Shown: positions 26,168 through 32,000 of the stretch, piece after piece
Position numbering within the stretch: the stretch's first letter is position 1
Layout: every line of letters starts with the position of its first letter
NCBI RefSeq assembly: GCF_021054785.1
Contig: NZ_CP088239.1
Coordinates: forward strand, 150,001-182,000
Direction: 5' to 3'
DNA length: 32,000 nt
From: Tannockella kyphosi
Lineage (GTDB): Bacteria; Bacillota_I; Bacilli_A; Erysipelotrichales; Coprobacillaceae
Position numbers and translations under genes: made by a program
The notes under the pieces: generated by a model
Told to the model about the DNA's origin: nothing
The model's input: only the letters and a program-made list of their open reading frames with translations
The model's database searches: none

Positions 26168-26190
26168 CCATTTAATACAAATGGTTTTTT
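26168..26190 (+). terminator. Weak rho-independent terminator ~90 nt downstream of ridA
   Basis: The stem ccattt (26168-26173) pairs with aaatgg (26179-26184), followed by T6 (26185-26190). Confidence 0.5.
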
Positions 26191-26283
26191 ATTTTGTATA
26201 AATTTGTTTAAAATTTAAAAAAAAGAGCATACATTATTACATGGAAACAAAATAATAGCATATAGTATACCAGGAGGGAGAAT

Positions 26284-26862
26284 ATGGAAATTACTGTAAA
26301 TTGGGTTCGTGATGATGAAGAATTAAATGAGTTTTATGAGTGGAAAGATTATGATGATATCGAAGTGATTACAAAATATCAATTGATTTGTGTTGATGAT
26401 GAAACAATGAAAGATATGATTTATGGTTGTTTTGATTTATTAGATAGTCATTATTTTCAACAACTATTAGTAGTATCTAATAAAAAAACATCTTTATGTT
26501 TAGAAATCGATAAATCAGGCAAACTTATTTATCGTGGGACTTTTGATTTAAAAAGCCAACGAAATATGATAAATAAAGTAAAAAATAGTACTTATCAAAC
26601 ATTAACTTATCGTATGCATGATGAAGGATTAGCGAAAGAATATGGTTTAACTAGAAAAGAAAGAACAAAAAAACAATACCTAGAAGATAAAATAGATCAA
26701 ATGTATGTTGAAGAATATGATCAATTTATGACAATGTGTCATCAAATAGGTATTAAAGAAAAAGAATGTTTATCTAAATATATTTTATTAAAAAAGAAAA
26801 TGGAAAAAGGATATACCTTTCTCCATGAATTATTATATAACGAATATGTTCTCAATCAATAA
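26284..26862 (+). CDS. UPF0736 (YjbA-like) family protein
   Basis: VNWVRDDEELNEFYEWKDYDDIEVI and GLTRKERTKKQ resemble B. subtilis YjbA as I recall it. The position next to trpS matches the Bacillus arrangement. Confidence 0.6.
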   Translation: MEITVNWVRDDEELNEFYEWKDYDDIEVITKYQLICVDDETMKDMIYGCFDLLDSHYFQQLLVVSNKKTSLCLEIDKSGKLIYRGTFDLKSQRNMINKVKNSTYQTLTYRMHDEGLAKEYGLTRKERTKKQYLEDKIDQMYVEEYDQFMTMCHQIGIKEKECLSKYILLKKKMEKGYTFLHELLYNEYVLNQ

Positions 26863-26886
26863 TCAAACAATGTTTGATTATTTTTT
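26860..26886. terminator. Terminator between the convergent yjbA-like and trpS genes
   Basis: The stem taatcaaac (26860-26868) pairs with gtttgatta (26872-26880), followed by T6. The trpS stop codon lies in the 3' arm. Confidence 0.65.
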
Positions 26887-27864
26887 AATTGTAATACCAA
26901 TCTTTCGTTCTACCTTTGCTAGTTTCTTACGAGCAATATTACGTGCAACAGTAGCCCCTTGTAATAAAACATCATCTAAATAACTACCTTTAATAATCTC
27001 TTGATAACGCTCTTGAATAGTTGTTAATTCTTGACCTAATATTTCAGCTAAATCTTTCTTGAAAACACCATAACCAACTCCAAGATATTGATTTACAATA
27101 TCTTGAATTGTTCTATCTGTAAGAATAGAATATATTTCTAACAAGTTAGAAATACCTGGTTTATTAGTACGATCAAAAGCAATAATACCATCACTATCAG
27201 TGACTGCCGACATAATTTTCTTTTTAGAAACAGCAATATCATCTAAAATATAAATACATCCTTTTCCAGCTTCATCAGATTTAGACATTTTTTTAGTAGG
27301 ATCTTGTAAATCCATAATACGTCCACCGACTTTAGCAGTTAATGGTTGAGGGATAGTGAATGTATCACTATAACGACGATTGAACTTTTCAGCAACATCA
27401 CGAGCTAATTCAACATGTTGTTTTTGATCTTCTCCAACCGGAACAAAATCAGGATCATACATTAAAATATCAGCACTCATTAAAGAAGGATAATTAAAAA
27501 TACCTGCTCCTATTGATTCATTTTTTGCTAATTTATCTTTATATTGAGTCATTCTTGCTAAATCACCCATTCCCACCATACAACCTAAATACCAACCTAA
27601 TTGAGCATGTTCTAAAATATCAGATTGTAAAAATAAAGTTACTTTGTTAGGATCTAAACCTGCAGCTATATATAAAGCAATTAAATCCTTTGTATTTTTT
27701 CTTAACTCTTTTGGTTCAATATAAACAGTCATTGAATGAAGATTAGCAATAAAGATATACATATCATATTCATCTTGGTAGCTAACAAAAGGTTTAATAG
27801 CACCTATATAGTTTCCTAAAGTTACTCTCCCTGTTGGTTTAATACCACTTAACATTTTTTTCAT
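26878..27864 (-). CDS. trpS: Tryptophan--tRNA ligase
   Basis: A class I aaRS with GIKPTGRVTLGNYIGA (HIGH-equivalent) and KMSKS. The 328-aa length is typical of TrpRS. Confidence 0.93.
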   Translation of the reverse strand: MKKMLSGIKPTGRVTLGNYIGAIKPFVSYQDEYDMYIFIANLHSMTVYIEPKELRKNTKDLIALYIAAGLDPNKVTLFLQSDILEHAQLGWYLGCMVGMGDLARMTQYKDKLAKNESIGAGIFNYPSLMSADILMYDPDFVPVGEDQKQHVELARDVAEKFNRRYSDTFTIPQPLTAKVGGRIMDLQDPTKKMSKSDEAGKGCIYILDDIAVSKKKIMSAVTDSDGIIAFDRTNKPGISNLLEIYSILTDRTIQDIVNQYLGVGYGVFKKDLAEILGQELTTIQERYQEIIKGSYLDDVLLQGATVARNIARKKLAKVERKIGITIKK

Positions 27865-27974
27865 AAATAAATTCTCCTTACCTAATAACCATTATTATAC
27901 GGTAAAAAAAAGAAAAAAGAAATAGTAAAAGCAGGGATATGGTAGTATAATAAGCGTATTGGAGGGCGATTTCA

Positions 27975-28457
27975 ATGATACGTATATATACAGCACCAAG
28001 CTGTGCTTCTTGCCGTAAAGTAAAAGCATGGCTAAAAGAACATGACATTGCTTATGTTGAAAAAAACATCTTTGCAACACTACTTCGTAAAGAAGAATTA
28101 AAAGAACTTTTAGAACGTAGTGAAAATGGTACAGATGATATTATTTCAAAAAGATCAAAAATAATAAAAGAACAAAATATTGATTTAGATGATATGTCTA
28201 TGAATGCATTAATCACTTTTATTCAAGAAAATCCATCAATCTTAAAAAGACCAATTATGATTGATAATAGACGTTTTCAAGTAGGTTATAATGCAGAAGA
28301 AATTCGTGTATTTATCCCAAGAGAATTAAGACAACTTGCAGAATGCTGTCCATCAACAGATTCATGTCCACAATTCAGACTTGATAGCAAAGTAACATTA
28401 CAAGATTTATATGATAAAAATTTTGATTGTAAAAGAGAACAAAAAGGAGAATTATAA
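27975..28457 (+). CDS. spx: Spx/ArsC-family redox-sensing transcriptional regulator with a C-terminal extension
   Basis: MIRIYTAPSCASCRKVKAWLKEHDI contains the CxxC redox switch, and there is Spx-like similarity to about residue 121. A further 39 residues follow (28338-28457). Confidence 0.88.
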   Translation: MIRIYTAPSCASCRKVKAWLKEHDIAYVEKNIFATLLRKEELKELLERSENGTDDIISKRSKIIKEQNIDLDDMSMNALITFIQENPSILKRPIMIDNRRFQVGYNAEEIRVFIPRELRQLAECCPSTDSCPQFRLDSKVTLQDLYDKNFDCKREQKGEL

Positions 28458-28473
28458 TAATCCTCCTTTTTTT
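28441..28473. terminator. Bidirectional terminator embedded in the overlapping 3' ends of spx and the CYTH gene
   Basis: The stem aaaaaggag (28441-28449) pairs with ctccttttt (28463-28471). The convergent ORFs overlap by 6 nt (28452-28457). Confidence 0.55.
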
Positions 28474-29027
28474 AATGCTCGAACTACCTTGCTAGGACAG
28501 TTTGTTGTATAAGTTAAATCATATTTTTTAATAATTTTATAAAACTCTTCTAATCCTAATTCAGGATCAGTTACTTCAAATTCCAATTCAAAATCAGTTG
28601 TTTGACAATATTCATTCTTATCAATGGATAACATTCCTAAAGGTAATGGTATATCACAACGGTAAGTAGATAAACAAAGTGCTGGTTTTATATCTGTTTG
28701 TTCTATATTATATCCTTTTAAAATAGTAACTATTTCATTTTCTACTTTTTCTTGATGCATTAGCTTTTTAACGATACTAGCATCAATCATTATATTTGTT
28801 TCATGACTACCAATTATTTTATCCTTTTCTTTTAAAGTGAATTCATATGTATTTTCTTTTTGACGAATACGTAACATTAATTTGTTTTTAGAAATGTTTG
28901 GATGTGTAAAGTATTGATTTATTTGAGTATATGATTTTGATATTTGTTTTTGATAATCTTGGATGATTTGATGATAAGTTTCTTTGTTTAAAAGTAATTT
29001 AAATTCTATTTCATGAAGTTTTTCCAT
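28452..29027 (-). CDS. CYTH-domain protein (YjbK-like triphosphate tunnel metalloenzyme)
   Basis: Contains the N-terminal EIEFK (ExExK) signature. The 191-aa length fits a CYTH fold, and the position matches yjbK upstream of ppnK in Bacillus. Confidence 0.8.
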   Translation of the reverse strand: MEKLHEIEFKLLLNKETYHQIIQDYQKQISKSYTQINQYFTHPNISKNKLMLRIRQKENTYEFTLKEKDKIIGSHETNIMIDASIVKKLMHQEKVENEIVTILKGYNIEQTDIKPALCLSTYRCDIPLPLGMLSIDKNEYCQTTDFELEFEVTDPELGLEEFYKIIKKYDLTYTTNCPSKVVRALKKGGLL

Positions 29028-29104
29028 ATTTACCCCCTTTTCATTATTCTATACTATAATTTTTATAGACGCTAGTATATAATAGAAAAAAAGGAGTTTG
29101 AACA

Positions 29105-29881
29105 ATGGATAGATATACAATAGTAGCTAGAAAAGATGAATTATCTTTATCTTTAAAAGAAGCTTTAAAAGAAAAATTGGATAGTCATTTAATATGGGAT
29201 ACATTGCATCCACAATTAGTAATTAGTATTGGTGGAGATGGAACAATGTTAGAATCAGTACATACTTATTTAAGAGAAGGAGCTTCATTTGTAGGGCTTC
29301 ATACTGGTACTTTAGGATTCTTTACAGATTATAAAAGAGAAGAAGTAGATCAATTAGTATCTGATATTTTAAAGAAAGAATATCGTTTTGAAAATAGAAA
29401 CTTATTGGATGTGAATGTTTATTATAATCAAGAAAAACGTCATTATTATGCTTTAAATGAAGTTCGTTTTGATCATGGTTTTATGGCACAGGTAATGGAT
29501 GTATATATTAATGGAGAGTTATTAGAAACATTTAGAGGGAATGGTGTATGTGTTTCAACACCTTCGGGATCAACTGCTTATAATAAGTCATTAGGGGGAG
29601 CTATTATTTATCCAGGACAACCATTAATGCAATTAACAGAAGTAGCAGGGATTGGTCATAATGCTTATCGTTCTTTAGGATCTAGTCTTATTTTAACGGA
29701 TAAACAAGTGATTTGTTTAAAAGGAAAAGATTTAAAGAATATTTCGGTAGATCATTTATCTTATTCTTTTGATCATGTAGATAAAATAGAAATATCATTG
29801 TCTTCTAAAGTAGTACCATTTATTGAATATCGTCAATTATCATTTATTCAAAGAATTAGAAGAGCGTTTATTTACGAATGA
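29105..29881 (+). CDS. nadK: NAD kinase
   Basis: Contains the GGDGTML motif, NE(V)R and TPSGSTAYNKSLGG. Confidence 0.9.
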   Translation: MDRYTIVARKDELSLSLKEALKEKLDSHLIWDTLHPQLVISIGGDGTMLESVHTYLREGASFVGLHTGTLGFFTDYKREEVDQLVSDILKKEYRFENRNLLDVNVYYNQEKRHYYALNEVRFDHGFMAQVMDVYINGELLETFRGNGVCVSTPSGSTAYNKSLGGAIIYPGQPLMQLTEVAGIGHNAYRSLGSSLILTDKQVICLKGKDLKNISVDHLSYSFDHVDKIEISLSSKVVPFIEYRQLSFIQRIRRAFIYE

Positions 29882-30702
29882 TAACCATTGTATCTAAGCA
29901 TCTTGAGGGTATTTCTTTAAAAGAATATCTTTATTCTATGGAAATAAGTAGAAAAGCATTAAAAGATATTAAATCAAAAGGAGATATTCTTGTAAATGGT
30001 TTACATCAAACAGTACGTTATTTAGTAAAAGAAGGGGATCGTATAGAAGTTATTTTTCCTAAAGAACAACATACGATGTCTTTCTATCCAATGGATTTAA
30101 CAATATGTTATGAAGATGATCATTATCTTATTATTTATAAACCAACTAATTTACCTTGTATTCCTACTAAAAGATATCCTCATCATACACTAGCAAATGC
30201 ATTAGTATCTTATTATCATCAAAATAATATTCAAGCTACTGCTCATTTTGTAAATCGTTTAGATAAGGATACGCAGGGATTATTACTAGTTAGTAAAACA
30301 AGACAAGGACATGCTCTTTTATCAAAAGATATTAAACAAGTAAAAAGAGTCTATTATTGTATGGTAGAAGGTATTCTAGAAGGTACAGGTATCATTGATA
30401 CAAAGATTATAAAAAAAGAAGACAGTTATCAAAGAATAGTTTCTAGTCATGGCAAACAAGCTATTACACACTATCAAGTAATAAAACAATATAAAGATAA
30501 AACATTAGTAGAATGTGTTCTAGAAACAGGAAGAACACATCAAATAAGGGTCCATATGGCACATATTGGACATCCATTATGTTTTGATACAATATATGGA
30601 GCAAGCCAAGAAGGAACCTATTATTTAGAGAGTATTTATATACAATTTATCCATCCTTTTACAAATCAAGTTGTTTGTATAGATAATCGAAAAGTAATAT
30701 AA
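29878..30702 (+). CDS. RluA-family pseudouridine synthase (YjbO/RluD-like)
   Basis: NRLDKDTQGLLLV contains the catalytic Asp, and GRTHQIRVH is also present. The ATGA start/stop overlaps nadK. Confidence 0.88.
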   Translation: MITIVSKHLEGISLKEYLYSMEISRKALKDIKSKGDILVNGLHQTVRYLVKEGDRIEVIFPKEQHTMSFYPMDLTICYEDDHYLIIYKPTNLPCIPTKRYPHHTLANALVSYYHQNNIQATAHFVNRLDKDTQGLLLVSKTRQGHALLSKDIKQVKRVYYCMVEGILEGTGIIDTKIIKKEDSYQRIVSSHGKQAITHYQVIKQYKDKTLVECVLETGRTHQIRVHMAHIGHPLCFDTIYGASQEGTYYLESIYIQFIHPFTNQVVCIDNRKVI

Positions 30703-30790
30703 ATTATTATTTTTAATCCTTATATTTGAGAAGAAAAATAAAATATGATAAAATTATAAAAACGGGAAAATAATGGAAGTAGGAGAGGTT

Positions 30791-32000
30791 ATGGGGAAAA
30801 AGAAAAAAAGTATCTTAATAGTAATATTGGTTGTACTAGTGGCAGCAGGAGCTTGTGCTGGCTATGTGTACTGGAAAACACCAACATTACATGCATTAGA
30901 AGACACAGTGTATGTAGAATATGGACAAGAGGTTTCTATTGAATTAGAAGATTATATAGACTTGGCTTATGTAAGTGATGCAACTTACCAAGACATGAAA
31001 GAAAATTGTGTTATTTCACATAACTTTAGTGATATTACAAATCCAACAACTGGTGTATATGCATTATACTTTGCGTATGACAGTGAATTGTTACATATTA
31101 ATATTGTAGTTAGTGATACTACTGCACCAACATTTGATGATGTGCTAGCGTATGTCGAAATATTTGGGAAAGTAGATATTGAAGAAGATATCTTAGCAAA
31201 CTTCTCATGTACAGACCAAAGTCAAGTATCTCTTTCATTAGATGATAGTGAAGTAGACTACTCACAAATTGGGGAACAAACAGCATCTATTATTGCAACA
31301 GATAGTGCAGGGAATCATGCTAGTTATGAAATTACATTAAATATAACCAAAGAGATAACTTCTATTACCTATGAAAGTGAAGCTATGTATGTAGGTGATA
31401 CGTTCACTTTTTCACCTACTATAGGCCAAGATGTAACCTATCAATCAAGCGATCAAGATATAGTTGTGATTGATTCTAAAGGACTAGTGACAGCAGTTAC
31501 TTCTGGTAAAGCAACAGTTACTGTTTCTACAGGTGATATTACTGCAAAATGTGAAATAGAAGTAGTTTCTTCTTTGTCACCAGATGAGGCAGCATACGAT
31601 AGTACAAATAGCGATTTTGAAGAGGAAGAAGTAGAAGAGGAAGAAGAACAAGAAGTAGAAGAAGAACAAGAAGAGGAAAGCGAAGATAGCAGTGAGTCAT
31701 CAGATAGTTCATCAAGTAACTCAAGTTCATCTAGCAGTTCGAGTTCATCAAGCAGTTCAAGTTCATCAAGTAACTCTAGTTCATCAAATAGTTCAAGTTC
31801 ATCAAGTGATTCAAGTTCATCAAGTGATTCAAGTTCATCAAGCGACTCAAGTTCATCTAGCAGTTCGAGTTCATCAAGTGATTCAAGTTCATCAAGTGAC
31901 TCAAACTTAACAGATGGTACAGGGGCAGTTATTTCTTCAGACACACTAGCTTTAGTTAACGAAGAACGTGCAGCGCTTGGGTTGAGTGCATTAACATATA
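30791..32000 (+). CDS. Membrane-anchored surface protein: Big_2 (bacterial Ig-like) domain, acidic linker, poly-Ser repeat, start of a CAP/SCP (YkwD-like) domain; 3'-partial
   Basis: This gene is not in the ORF track because it runs off the window. I translated frame 2 from the ATG at 30791 (AGGAGAGG RBS) to nt 32000 by hand and found no stop. The order is MGKKKKSILIVILVVLVAAGA anchor, then ITSITYESEAMYVGDTFTF...GKATVTVSTGD (Big_2-like), then an E-rich run, then SSSSSD/N repeats, then LALVNEERAALGLSALTY (CAP-domain N terminus). Confidence 0.8.
   Translation, partial: MGKKKKSILIVILVVLVAAGACAGYVYWKTPTLHALEDTVYVEYGQEVSIELEDYIDLAYVSDATYQDMKENCVISHNFSDITNPTTGVYALYFAYDSELLHINIVVSDTTAPTFDDVLAYVEIFGKVDIEEDILANFSCTDQSQVSLSLDDSEVDYSQIGEQTASIIATDSAGNHASYEITLNITKEITSITYESEAMYVGDTFTFSPTIGQDVTYQSSDQDIVVIDSKGLVTAVTSGKATVTVSTGDITAKCEIEVVSSLSPDEAAYDSTNSDFEEEEVEEEEEQEVEEEQEEESEDSSESSDSSSSNSSSSSSSSSSSSSSSSSNSSSSNSSSSSSDSSSSSDSSSSSDSSSSSSSSSSSDSSSSSDSNLTDGTGAVISSDTLALVNEERAALGLSALTY
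31690..31905 (+). repeat. Coding minisatellite: 18-nt units (SSSSSD/N) with a 126-nt higher-order period
   Basis: Units of the type tcaagttcatcaagtgat are repeated. The exact 32-mer tcaagttcatctagcagttcgagttcatcaag occurs at 31721 and 31847, which are 126 nt (7 x 18) apart. Confidence 0.85.

Noticed and set aside
26112-26201. A 29-codon ORF (MYHLKYIVVESLLFTMTKSHLIQMVFYFV) downstream of ridA
   Set aside because: It has no RBS, it runs through the terminator hairpin, and its composition is consistent with chance in AT-rich DNA.
27865-27974. T-box leader upstream of trpS
   Set aside because: Only ~110 nt separate the divergent trpS and spx starts. That is too short for a T-box, and no AGAGA / specifier-loop / T-box (GGTGGTACCGCG-like) sequence is present.
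1409-28080. Short ORFs embedded in or antisense to longer genes: 1409-1594, 4906-5097, 5381-5608, 9286-9471, 10344-10553, 10698-10898, 12392-12580, 13662-13844, 16880-17125, 19844-20047, 20115-20360, 22033-22230, 22136-22378, 25736-25954 and 27895-28080
   Set aside because: Each lies within a longer ORF that has clear family motifs or spans a promoter region. They lack RBSs and have low-complexity Leu/Ile/Phe/Lys-rich translations, as expected from antisense AT-rich DNA.
31692-31910. A 72-aa plus-strand ORF (VHQV repeats)
   Set aside because: It is an alternative frame of the same serine minisatellite. It has no RBS and is purely repeat-driven.
31453-31944. A 163-aa minus-strand ORF with DELE/LDEL repeats, plus the 63-aa minus-strand ORF at 31539-31730
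   Set aside because: These are reverse-complement shadows of the plus-strand GAA- and TCA/AGT-rich repeats. The plus-strand frame-2 gene (30791 to beyond 32000) has an RBS, a signal-anchor and recognisable Big_2 and CAP domains, whereas these ORFs have none.
1-32000. Search for CRISPR arrays, tRNA/rRNA genes, IS elements or transposases, integrases, and known defence or toxin-antitoxin modules
   Set aside because: I saw no regularly spaced direct repeats, no cloverleaf-capable GC-rich segments and no transposase or integrase-like ORF. Every intergenic region is under ~210 nt.

Overview
This is an AT-rich, low-GC Firmicute-type chromosomal window, probably Erysipelotrichia- or Clostridia-like (a guess from composition and gene content). 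It uses genetic code 11, since TGA serves as a stop at 3765, 7928, 13940 and 29879. Coding density is high, most genes are on the + strand, and nearly all starts have strong AGGAGG-type ribosome-binding sites. Most of the window is ordinary housekeeping: asparaginase, cysK with an Rrf2 regulator, serC-serA, ridA, phnA, an M42 peptidase and an MscS channel. A compressed block, yjbA-like / trpS / spx / CYTH (yjbK-like) / nadK / rluA-family, matches the Bacillus yjb region as I remember it. I found no CRISPR array, tRNA, rRNA, IS element or recognisable defence or toxin system, and I cannot point to a clearly novel multi-gene system. The most unusual items are these. (1) A decayed 5' remnant of spoIVA (725-1030) has its Walker-A loop out of frame, and it is followed by a repeat-flanked hairpin and a lysin with two CW_7 modules. 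(2) A self-contained DeoR / glycyl-radical enzyme / activase cassette (7985-12032) has a thrice-repeated 19-mer candidate operator and no linked pathway genes, so its substrate is undefined. (3) An ECF S-component is translationally coupled to a two-domain P-loop kinase, behind a palindromic operator and a structured leader. (4) A divergent XRE/orphan gene pair has palindromic operators. (5) There is an orphan GerA/SpoVAF-family gene. (6) Spx carries a Cys-rich C-terminal extension. (7) A surface protein open at the right edge (Big_2 / acidic / poly-Ser / CAP) has nested 18-nt and 126-nt repeats. That gene is missing from the ORF track, and its repeats generate spurious ORFs there.
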